A stretch of 64,000 bases of DNA, from NCBI GenBank assembly GCA_964513245.1, contig CAZELO010000008.1:1170-65169 (forward strand), in the 5' to 3' direction. A model generated the notes under the pieces. That model made no database searches, had not been told where the DNA came from, and worked only from the letters and a program-made list of their open reading frames with translations. How positions within the stretch are numbered: the stretch's first letter is position 1; every line of letters begins with the position of its first letter. Position numbers and translations under genes: made by a program. Source of the DNA: an uncultured Candidatus Bathyarchaeia archaeon. GTDB taxonomy: Archaea > Thermoproteota > Bathyarchaeia > Bathyarchaeales > DTEX01. Shown piece by piece: positions 28,059-36,421 of this stretch.

Positions 28059-28333
28059 CGCCTCCTAGCGACTTTTTTGGCGCGGTCTTCCGGTCGTCCG
28101 ACAAGCATTTTTCCGTCCACTTCGATTTCGGTTCCGTCAGACAACGTGAAACGGAAGATAGACCTTTCTTTGATTACGATTTTCGGTCTTGTCCCGTGCA
28201 TTATTGTGAATGTGTTCCGTGTCTCATCAAGGACTTTTCCCGAGATCCCCTTGCATACGGGGTTCGAGCTCAGCGCAACCCTTGTCTCGGTTCCTATGAA
28301 CTCGTTCTGAAGTATGGAGGGGGTAACTTTCAT
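28052..28333 (-). CDS. rnp1: RNase P protein component 1 (Rpp29/Pop4)
   Basis: FIGTETRVALSSNPVCKGISGKVLDETRNTF, in the conserved position between L29 and S17. Confidence 0.85.
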   Translation of the reverse strand: MKVTPSILQNEFIGTETRVALSSNPVCKGISGKVLDETRNTFTIMHGTRPKIVIKERSIFRFTLSDGTEIEVDGKMLVGRPEDRAKKVARRRW

Positions 28334-28539
28334 TGTGGCTCGCTCCTTTTCTCGTTCATGACCGTGTAGATTCGAGCTATCGTTCGCTTCAGCTCGCGAA
28401 TCCTCGATGGGTTCTCTATTGAGCCACCCGCCCGAACAATCGTCCTCTGCCTAACCAATTCAGCCCTGAGGTCTGTAAGCCTCTTCTTGAGGTCTTCTTC
28501 TGAAGATTCCCTGATCTCCTTCATCCTTGCTATGGGCAT
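28330..28539 (-). CDS. rpl29: 50S ribosomal protein L29 (uL29)
   Basis: EDLKKRLTDLRAELVRQR. Confidence 0.9.
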   Translation of the reverse strand: MPIARMKEIRESSEEDLKKRLTDLRAELVRQRTIVRAGGSIENPSRIRELKRTIARIYTVMNEKRSEPQ

Positions 28540-29220
28540 CTATTTCTCCTCCTCTACCTCAGGCTCTTCTGCTTGCGGTTTCTCTGGCTCAGTGGCTTCC
28601 ACTATTGTTTCTGGGCTTGGGGTTTCGACTTCAAGTATTCTTATATGATCTGGCAATTCAGCATCAGGAGGCATTATCGAGACTTTAACGCCAAAGATTC
28701 CCGGTTTGAGTTGAACATGTGCAACTGCTCTTCGGACATGTCTCACGGATGGGTCTCCGCTCTTCGGCACATAGCCATCACGGAATTTTTCTCTTCTTGC
28801 ACGTTCCGTCCGCATCTTACCGCCTACAATTATCTCGGCACCCAGCGCTCCCGCCTCCATAATCTGCTGTAGAGCCCAGAAGCCTGCGCGTCTAAAGTGC
28901 ACGCCACGTTTGAGTGCGGCGGTTATACGCGAAGCCATGACACCCGCGTTAAGCTCAGGTATCTCGATCTCGGCGACAGAGATCTGCGGGTTAGGGAGCT
29001 GGAAGCTCTCTTCCAAGGTCCTTGCAAGGGACCTTATTGTTTCTCCGCCGCGTCCTATTATGATTCCTGGTCTAGTAGAATATATAACTATGTTCGTGCC
29101 CAGCGGTGTCTTTGTGATGTCGACGCCGCCGTATCCCGCTCTTTCAAACTCGCGGCTTAGAAATTCGTCTACGCCGGTTTTCTTTGTGGATTCGCTTACG
29201 AAATGTTTGAGAGATGACAA
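28540..29220 (-). CDS. rps3: 30S ribosomal protein S3 (uS3)
   Basis: KH domain (GIIIGRGGETIRSLARTLE) and an acidic C-terminal tail. Confidence 0.9.
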   Translation of the reverse strand: MSSLKHFVSESTKKTGVDEFLSREFERAGYGGVDITKTPLGTNIVIYSTRPGIIIGRGGETIRSLARTLEESFQLPNPQISVAEIEIPELNAGVMASRITAALKRGVHFRRAGFWALQQIMEAGALGAEIIVGGKMRTERARREKFRDGYVPKSGDPSVRHVRRAVAHVQLKPGIFGVKVSIMPPDAELPDHIRILEVETPSPETIVEATEPEKPQAEEPEVEEEK

Positions 29221-29694
29221 TTATGCTTCGCCTCCGGCTTGCTGGAGGACTATTTCAACATGGCAAAGAGTCTCAAAATCAGGAGAAGAACGTCCGTGGG
29301 CTCGTGGAATGTACCGTTTAATCTTTATGCCCGGATATGCCGCGGCATGCACCACTCTGAGCCGGTTCACATCGAGTCCCTTGTTCAGCGCGTTTGACTC
29401 AGCGCCCTCAAGCACCTCCAAGACCTTTGTAGCTGCCTTGACTGGGTATCTGCCAGCAGCGGTTTTCTGCAGACCTTTTCTATGAGGCAGCGTCTTGTTG
29501 TGTCGCCTGAAGGGGACTGCCTTTTTCTTCTGGATGACTTGCTCAAGGAACTCTTTCGCCTCGTCCAGTTTTAGGCCTTTCACCGCAACGCAGACTTCTC
29601 TGGCTACTTTAGGGGATGCCCTAAGCCCTCTACCGCTCGCCTTAACGGAAGTTTCAGAGTCTGTCTCTGCTGCGGAATATCCCAATTTTGGCAC
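29221..29694 (-). CDS. rpl22: 50S ribosomal protein L22 (uL22)
   Basis: SPKVAREVCVAVKGLKLDEAKEFLEQV. Confidence 0.9.
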   Translation of the reverse strand: MPKLGYSAAETDSETSVKASGRGLRASPKVAREVCVAVKGLKLDEAKEFLEQVIQKKKAVPFRRHNKTLPHRKGLQKTAAGRYPVKAATKVLEVLEGAESNALNKGLDVNRLRVVHAAAYPGIKIKRYIPRAHGRSSPDFETLCHVEIVLQQAGGEA

Positions 29695-29894
29695 GAGTCG
29701 TCCACCAACTTTTCAAACATCAGAGTGATCGGTGATTTATAAAGATTTTTCGTTGGTTAGAGGCATATCTCTGATTTAGCGCAGAACCGAACGGGCTCGG
29801 CGTATGTTAGGAAATTATGAAGAGAAAGTGTGCTTGCGGTGTTTCTTTTGGGTATCGATGATTGCTCAGAGATTGGCAGATGGTCCGATTCGTT

Positions 29895-30851
29895 TCAATG
29901 TTTGTCTTGTTCAGAAGATTGGCGTGCCGAAGTCTTGTTGTTTTTCTTGCGGTTCTTCATGTTGACCATAACCACACCTGAGAGTACGAGCGCTGAACCG
30001 AATATTGATTCGATGCTTACGTTCTCTCCGAGAATGAACCAGCCGGAGAACAATGCAATCATGGGAACGATGAAACTGGAGCCTGAGATCACGGTGGCGT
30101 CTTCTCTTCCGAGAAGGAAGAACCATATTATCCATCCTACGCATGCACCTCCGATCGTCATGAATAGGACTATAAAGATGTATGTCGCTTCTAGGGGGAA
30201 AACGAAGTCATTGGTATAAAGGTTCAACGCCTCGATAGGCAATATTCCAAATGACCACTGGAAAAAGCATGTGATAAGAGAGTCCACATGGCTTAAGAAC
30301 CGTTTGTAGTAGACCGTGTTTACAGCCCACAAGAATGCACCAAAGACCATGATCACTGAGGAACCCGGTACAACGAAACCTGCGCTGCCTAGAAAGAGAA
30401 GGATCACTCCTGCAAACCCAACTATTGCACCTGCAAGTTTTACTTTCTCTATCTTCTCGTCCAAGAAGGGAACGGCTAGACAGAATACGAAAAGTGGCTG
30501 AGTGTAAGTAAGCACGGCTCCCATGCCGGAACTCTCCCAAATCAACCCGAAATTCGTGATTATTATTAGTATGGTATTGATTGAGCACAGCACCATGAGT
30601 CTTGCCAATGTGCCAGTGTCACGTGGAATGCGTCTTCGCAAGATCAGGAAAATCGGCAACATGGCAACGGTAGACAAGACAAATCGTACCAATATAAGCG
30701 ATAAGGGGGGAACGTAGCTCAATGCAATTTTTGTAGCAGGCCATGATGTGCCCCAGAGGAAAGCAACCAAAAAGAAGAGCAACCAGTTGCGGGGCGTCAC
30801 AGTCTTTTCGCCTTTTTCTCTTCTTAGAGATAAGATGGAATATAAAAACAC
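29895..30851 (-). CDS. DMT superfamily transporter (EamA-like)
   Basis: About 10 hydrophobic segments in two EamA-like halves. Confidence 0.8.
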   Translation of the reverse strand: MFLYSILSLRREKGEKTVTPRNWLLFFLVAFLWGTSWPATKIALSYVPPLSLILVRFVLSTVAMLPIFLILRRRIPRDTGTLARLMVLCSINTILIIITNFGLIWESSGMGAVLTYTQPLFVFCLAVPFLDEKIEKVKLAGAIVGFAGVILLFLGSAGFVVPGSSVIMVFGAFLWAVNTVYYKRFLSHVDSLITCFFQWSFGILPIEALNLYTNDFVFPLEATYIFIVLFMTIGGACVGWIIWFFLLGREDATVISGSSFIVPMIALFSGWFILGENVSIESIFGSALVLSGVVMVNMKNRKKNNKTSARQSSEQDKH

Positions 30852-31024
30852 TTCCGATACCAGTTGGAAAAAAGTAGCCGACTAGTATTCTTCAATGGAA
30901 ACTGGAGCCATCCGCTGAATCTCCTCTTTTTATGGGATCATCGTAAGCTTCCGCTCCGCAACAGCAGATAGATTTTTTCGATCAGCTTGAGATCCGTCAA
31001 CAACGGGATCTATGAGGTTTAGTT

Positions 31025-31171
31025 TCAGTATTTTTCAAACTTTCTTGGATTCCGCTTGAACTTTTTCTTGCATTTTACACTACAGAAATAGACGGTTTTC
31101 CCTTCATACTTAGCCTGAAACCTCGCTGTCTTTTCGTCAAGAACCATACCGCATACAGGGTCTTTAGGCAT
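31025..31171 (-). CDS. YHS/TRASH domain metal-binding protein
   Basis: MPKDPVCGMVLDEKTARFQAKYEGKTVYFCSVKCKKKFKRNP. The start was trimmed to ATG 31171. Confidence 0.7.
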   Translation of the reverse strand: MPKDPVCGMVLDEKTARFQAKYEGKTVYFCSVKCKKKFKRNPRKFEKY

Positions 31172-31787
31172 TGTTGTATCGCTCCCAAAGAACTTAACAA
31201 TTGTCTCTTTTATTGTTTCCCTTAAACGAAGATTATGAAAAGGAAGAAAAGCGCTTGAATGAAGCGGAACCCACCAAGACACACACCATCAGAGCGATCG
31301 CCTTGTTGTTGAGCGAGATTTTTGATCCTTTTTTGTTTCTTTCAGTATACAAGGTACGTTAGGCACTCCATTTTGTCCTTACTTTTTTGGCATTAAGAGC
31401 GAAGGCTAGTCCAATACTTTTGGCAGGGCAGACTAGCCTAGGAAAGAGTCTTCGCCATATGAATTGATGTCCAGAATAACCTCTTGTTTAGACAATTATG
31501 GCAATGGAAAGTATAGCCAACTGTGGGATTACTTTGTTTTCCCAGTCTTTGCCAAATGCTTTTTCTTTTTTTGTTTGTTTTTCTTTGCCAATGAAGGCAT
31601 AAGCCAACCTCCACGGACTATCATGTAATTATGCTATTAGAAGGCTTAAAAACCTTTCAAAGGCTAAGACTCTGGAAACGAGAAAAGGGAAGAGTTTTGA
31701 CTTGGTATCTCTCAGTTATCTCTGTATTGATCAGCGTTAGATGCATTTGCGTTCAATGCGGCGGTTTGAAGACAAGGTGAAACATCG

Positions 31788-32537
31788 TTGAAGCGAAAGC
31801 GAAGGCAGCGGCGCGGCTATCCTGTTGCAATCCTAGCTGGGTTGGAAGACGATCAAGCTGTTCTGTGGAAGGTCTTCAGCAATGTCGTTAAGGCTGAAAG
31901 GACCCTTCGGCTTGAAGGAAATAGGAACGATCCAAAAGCAGTGTATAACTTTCATGAATCAATAATCAACGCGTTGAGACCCACGTTGAAAGAAGGAATC
32001 CGAAGTATCATCGTTGCATCCCCGACGAGGACTGATCACGCCCAAAGATTCATTGAGCACGTCCGCAGGCATCACACATGGCTTGTTCAAGGTCCAAATA
32101 AGGCAGTGTTCTCTGAGACAACTGGAAGCGCAGGCACGCTGTCCGAAGTAGCCGCCATGACGAGGACGGCCGCGTTTCGCCAGATAGTCAACGAAACCAC
32201 CTCAGAGGAAACCGAAGGGGTTATTGATACACTGGAAAAATGTCTCAGCGCTTCGAACCGAGAAACCTCTGTGCTGTATTCGCTTAAGGAAATCGAAGAA
32301 CTTATCTTTGGTCTGCCTAGGTCGGGCAGTCCTGAGCCTGAATATCTTATGCTCACAGACGAGTATCTTTTAGAAAGCTGCGAAAAGAGCAGGATACACA
32401 GGCTGATACAGATCGCCCAAAACAGAAATGTCAAAACAAGGATAGTTGAAGCAGAATCAACTGCAGGTCTGCGCCTTACACAACTGGGTGGAATGGTCTG
32501 TTTTTGCGATCGTTTCAGCGGGAAAAACAGCGTTTAA
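31788..32537 (+). CDS. short eRF1/Pelota-superfamily paralog (aeRF1-like domains 2-3)
   Basis: IIVASPTRTDHAQRFIEH (central-domain-like), SVLYSLKEIEELI and the C-terminal IVEAESTAGLRLTQLGGMVCF resemble Pelota/aRF1 domains 2 and 3. The N-terminal domain is minimal and basic (MKRKRRQRRG). Confidence 0.45.
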   Translation: MKRKRRQRRGYPVAILAGLEDDQAVLWKVFSNVVKAERTLRLEGNRNDPKAVYNFHESIINALRPTLKEGIRSIIVASPTRTDHAQRFIEHVRRHHTWLVQGPNKAVFSETTGSAGTLSEVAAMTRTAAFRQIVNETTSEETEGVIDTLEKCLSASNRETSVLYSLKEIEELIFGLPRSGSPEPEYLMLTDEYLLESCEKSRIHRLIQIAQNRNVKTRIVEAESTAGLRLTQLGGMVCFCDRFSGKNSV

Positions 32538-32643
32538 CTCTTATCGTGCTCTTCTTGTTCTGATCTTGGGACAGAGTGTTCTAAAACGTAGTAATATTAG
32601 GGCAGAATACTACCCTTGAACTGCCAGAGGAGATGATTAGCAG

Positions 32644-32970
32644 TTGGTCTCTAAGAGCGGAACAAGCAAATTCCTAGGGATTCTATTTGTCTCCGTTGCC
32701 TGCGGAATTCTCGTGGCGTTGGTTACGGGACTTGTTGAGAATCCGCCTGAGGCAAGTATAATTGGAGCCGAATATTATGGCCATCCGTTTGTTTGGAGGA
32801 TAGTCAGGAGCACCATTGACAGCTTTGTTGATTACAGATTTGCTGAACTAGCTGTCGATGTCTTGTTCTGGATCGTCATCTCTTTCATCGCCTTAGCAGT
32901 AGTACAGAGACTCTCGAACCGTCCCGACACAACAACTACCGCTGAACCCAAAGAAAAACAAACGGAATAA
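32644..32970 (+). CDS. small membrane protein
   Basis: Two hydrophobic helices. No family recognised. Confidence 0.4.
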   Translation: MVSKSGTSKFLGILFVSVACGILVALVTGLVENPPEASIIGAEYYGHPFVWRIVRSTIDSFVDYRFAELAVDVLFWIVISFIALAVVQRLSNRPDTTTTAEPKEKQTE

Positions 32971-33105
32971 ATAAAAAGACTAGCAAACTGAGATTCCTCC
33001 GTTCATAGCGGCGATGGCTCTTGTATTTCTACTTCTTTTTTGCTACCGTAGATTTTTATCTGGCAGAGAACAGATCAGTCACGTAATGGAATATCGTGAG
33101 ATGAC

Positions 33106-33429
33106 ATGATGAAAAGAAGCAAGGTTGCGAATGCATCAATGTACTTCAACATACCTGAACCTAGAAATCAATTATTGAAGAACGGTATAGTGTATACTTG
33201 CCGGCATAAGAAACGGGTTAACACAGGGATCACAGTCGCGAGAAGAGGCAACTTCAAGAAATTTGTTAAATTGGCCACAGTAGACGTGAGATACATAGGC
33301 CGCGTCGAAAAGCCACAAGAACTGAAGCCTTACCTCAAAGAATCAGGATTTGAAACTACCAAGGAATGGGTCACCAAAATTAAAGACGGATTGCCCGCGC
33401 ATCTGTACAAAGTGAGGCTATCTCTGTAA
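33106..33429 (+). CDS. hypothetical small basic protein
   Basis: 107-aa ORF. No family recognised. Confidence 0.35.
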   Translation: MMKRSKVANASMYFNIPEPRNQLLKNGIVYTCRHKKRVNTGITVARRGNFKKFVKLATVDVRYIGRVEKPQELKPYLKESGFETTKEWVTKIKDGLPAHLYKVRLSL

Positions 33430-33584
33430 CTTACAAAGATCCAAAAAGGGGATATGCCAACGGAAGCAGGTCCTGCATCTGTTTTTTTCGGCGTTGAACT
33501 CGGCTATAAGCATCCACTATCAATTCACGTTGCCAGCAACGAATTATCGAGTCTACAGTAATGTGGATGACAGATTGGAACCGT

Positions 33585-33934
33585 CTAACTAAGTTTTCCT
33601 CCACATTTGCGGCAGAACCTGGCGTTAGCAGGATTCTTTTCTCCGCATCTTGGGCAGACAATAGGTTCCCGGCTGGTCGCGCGCCTAATATCTTCTCCTA
33701 TTTCATCTACTCTTTTTTTGCTGTGTCTAGTGCCTTCCTCATTTCTTCGGCAGCTCTCGCCAATGCTTTTTCTGTTTCTTTTTCTACATCTGATAACATG
33801 TCTCTGTAAGGTGGGGAAACGCCTGCTTCTGCACCTTTCCCAGTTCTCACGCCGCACGTAGGACAAAAATATGCGTTTTCAGGAAGAACTTTGCCACATT
33901 TAGAACAGAACACCATACCACCCGCCTGCACCAT
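33585..33934 (-). pseudogene. double zinc-ribbon protein gene split by a frameshift in an A7 run
   Basis: The upstream frame (FCSKCGKVLPENAYFCPTCG ... DTAKKE stop) and the downstream frame (SKKRVDEIGEDIRR ... CPRCGEKNPANARFCRKCGGKLS) join if one A is added to the A7 tract (plus-strand T7 at 33713-33719). Confidence 0.55.
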
Positions 33935-34014
33935 ACAAAAGTTTTTCGGAGTATTTTACTATTACCCAGATTTAACAGCCTTCCATACGTGTTTTAGAAA
34001 TTACCCATTCACCG

Positions 34015-34368
34015 ATGATGCCCACGCATCCACATGATAGCTTTTTGTTAGCACATTCCGACAAGTGGCTTCTAATGAGTAGATTTGAAGACTCTAAAGA
34101 CACTCGCTCTTTGCTGGCATTCAGGAAACGTGCCTTTTCGGTTAGCGGACAATTCAGAAAGATGCTCACCGACTTGATACGCAGTATGCATAATTCAAAC
34201 CACAAATTACATCAAATCACACTTTCAGGCGAAATAATAGAAGAAGAAAAGTTCCATGTCATCGGATTCGTTCCAGCAGATGTGGTCAATTTGAGAGAAG
34301 AAATCTGGTTCAAAAAATTAGACATTGAACAGATAGACTCAGTAACAGAGTTTATTTCTAACTATTGA
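34015..34368 (+). CDS. hypothetical protein (doubtful)
   Basis: ORF at the left edge of the AT-rich patch. No motifs recognised, and a competing antisense ORF lies at 33972-34205. Confidence 0.2.
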   Translation: MMPTHPHDSFLLAHSDKWLLMSRFEDSKDTRSLLAFRKRAFSVSGQFRKMLTDLIRSMHNSNHKLHQITLSGEIIEEEKFHVIGFVPADVVNLREEIWFKKLDIEQIDSVTEFISNY

Positions 34369-34437
34369 TTCCAATGGCTAAAATTCAGTCCAAACCTTTA
34401 ATTCGTGAGGGATTACAATTCTTGTGGACTACAAAAC

Positions 34438-34450
34438 CTATATAAATATT
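34438..34450 (+). promoter_or_regulatory. TATA-box-like element upstream of the AT-rich cassette
   Basis: ctatataaatatt lies about 45 nt upstream of ATG 34490. GGTG sits 9 nt before that ATG. Confidence 0.3.
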
Positions 34451-34489
34451 AGTACCAATGAGAATATTTCTATTCTGGTGAAATATCTC

Positions 34490-35161
34490 ATGTCAGAAGT
34501 AAAGGTGCCTAAAATAGAACCGCTGAGTTTCTCTTTCTCAATAACGACAACAGATCTTTTCTTCCCAGTTGACATAAGAGATTTAAGACCTACACTTGCG
34601 AGAAACGGCTATGAATTGACGCGTCTTCCCACACCTTTAGCTCCCAGACAGCTTCGTATCGGAGGAGGAGGAGTCATAGCAAGGAAAGGCGGTTTTTCAT
34701 TGAACTTTGATGCAGAAAACAGAAGTCTGGGTTTGAGTGGTGACTCTTCAGATAATATTATTAAGGCATTTGACGAATTGACAGCAATGGTAAGGAATGA
34801 ACTAAAGACAGATTTGGCATCTCATGTTAGATATTATGAGATACTCGGATACTATCGTGTTTTCACAAGTAAAATCCCGAGTGAACAATTCTCAGCAGTA
34901 TCAGAGGGCGTAGAATTGTTTGAAACAATAGCAGAGATTGTGGGAACTTCGGTGTCAACTTTTGGAATTAGAGTTGTTCCAAAGGGAGGTCTTCCAAATA
35001 ATGATGATTGGTTTGACATTTCCGTTGAACCAGAAATAATTCAGCCTGATAGATACTTCTGTGGTGTTGTATGCAGAAATAAAAACAGAAATATCGTGGA
35101 ACAATGGGCTTCGAATGATAAAAAATATTTAAATCAAATTATCGGAGCTTTGGAAAAATGA
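34490..35161 (+). CDS. orphan protein, first gene of AT-rich cassette
   Basis: Open frame 34424-35161. ATG 34490 is preferred because of the TATA and GGTG placement. The stop overlaps the next start (ATGA at 35158-35161). No family recognised. Confidence 0.55.
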   Translation: MSEVKVPKIEPLSFSFSITTTDLFFPVDIRDLRPTLARNGYELTRLPTPLAPRQLRIGGGGVIARKGGFSLNFDAENRSLGLSGDSSDNIIKAFDELTAMVRNELKTDLASHVRYYEILGYYRVFTSKIPSEQFSAVSEGVELFETIAEIVGTSVSTFGIRVVPKGGLPNNDDWFDISVEPEIIQPDRYFCGVVCRNKNRNIVEQWASNDKKYLNQIIGALEK

Positions 35162-35670
35162 TGCATAGTCAAATTCTGGCTGAAGGAACAATGCTAAACA
35201 ACGAAATAGAATTTAGGGCTGATGAAGAGCAAAAATCATATGAACATCGTTTTTCAACCACTATTGAACATTTGGGAACTCATGTGTTTGCAGCTCCATC
35301 ATATCCGATGACTCAGAAGAGTAAATTTACGGTACTTCTTTCTAATAGTGGAAGTATTCCCAGTCTCCGAGAAACATTCTTTGATGATACTATTAACTTT
35401 CCCTATCTTCCTCCCAAGGTGAAAAGTCTACTTGGACAAAGGCGTCTTACCAACAAACAAAGGGTAGATCTCATGACATTCATAGCAGAGGCTACGATAG
35501 AGCATTTCAAACTTAAGGATGGAACATTTGTTGCCATCAATCTTAGAGGAAGGATTCTAGAAGCCAGTTCATCTAGGATTGAACTACTTAAGAAGATTCA
35601 GAATATACCTTCATCCGAACCTCTCTTTCTATGGGAGGTTGGAAACCACTCATTCTCTGGGTGGTACTAA
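35158..35670 (+). CDS. orphan protein whose C-terminal approx. 50 aa resembles small DUF5678-type domains (by eye)
   Basis: KLKDGTFVAINLRGRILEASSSRIELLKKIQNIPSSEPLFLWEVG. The gene is translationally coupled on both sides. Confidence 0.5.
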   Translation: MMHSQILAEGTMLNNEIEFRADEEQKSYEHRFSTTIEHLGTHVFAAPSYPMTQKSKFTVLLSNSGSIPSLRETFFDDTINFPYLPPKVKSLLGQRRLTNKQRVDLMTFIAEATIEHFKLKDGTFVAINLRGRILEASSSRIELLKKIQNIPSSEPLFLWEVGNHSFSGWY

Positions 35671-36083
35671 TTGTCTAGACAACAGATCCTCTCAAAAAGC
35701 AAGGGAAGTAAGGGTTATTTCATTGATGCCGTGGTTGCAATAGTCAACATAATAACAATGAGGAGAACAACAATATCCATGAGATTTATGCTCGACACAG
35801 GTTTCACTGGAGGCATCCACGTTCCCTCATTTCATGTAGCAGATGCAAGAATGATAGGAGTCGAACCACGACATACCATATTAGAACTTGGTGGGGAAAA
35901 AGAGAAGCCCGTATGTGTTTAGGTCTTCTCGAAAAAATAGATGGATATGCTATACCAGATGGTATTGAAACGGAAGTATATATGCATGGAAACCAAGAGC
36001 ATGGCTATATTGGACTGAATGTGATGAAGAACTGGATATCTGAATTCGATGGTCCAGACTCAATTGTAAGGATTTTCAAATGA
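35671..36083 (+). pseudogene. retropepsin-like (clan AA) aspartic protease, interrupted by a frameshift
   Basis: FMLDTGFTGG is the D-T/S-G active-site motif. The frame stops at 35920-35922. The expected C-terminal half (GLLEKIDGYAIPDG ... HGYIGLNVMKNWISEFDGPDSIVRIFK) continues in another frame from 35922 to 36083. Confidence 0.6.
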
Positions 36084-36421
36084 CTGAGCGGAATATGTGG
36101 CTGAGCGAAGCGAACTACAGTAACCATATTAGGTGTTGGTCATTGGGCGTTGAGCCTGTAGGTAGGGGTGGCGGGGAAGGTTACGTGGCGTTTTTTGAGC
36201 GTTTGTCCCCGCCCGAGAATATGGTTCTCGTTTGTAGCGAAGCCCAAATGAAGTGAAGCAGTTGGGTGTAGAGCGAGGCGGAAACCTCGCGACCACTCAT
36301 GCGATGTAACTAAGATACAACTTTGTAGAAGACACGCTCAAGGTTTCAAATACATAAGCAACGGGACAACTAAGATCGTATAGAAAAAGGGAAAGACAGA
36401 GCTAATAGAATGGGAAAATAT

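Noticed and set aside
31530-31610. 23-codon lysine-rich minus-strand ORF (MPSLAKKNKQKKKKHLAKTGKTK) in the 600-nt gap upstream of the eRF1-like gene, considered as an L41e-like micro-protein.
   Set aside because: The sequence does not match the Arg-rich L41e pattern. It arises from a poly-A/T tract and there is no supporting signal.
36160-36215. Inverted repeat GGCGGGGA ... TCCCCGCC at the right edge of the AT-rich cassette, identical to the acceptor-stem strands of tRNA-Leu, considered as a tRNA or att remnant.
   Set aside because: No D-, anticodon- or T-arm can be drawn between the arms. 8-nt identity is too short to call, so it may simply be a hairpin.
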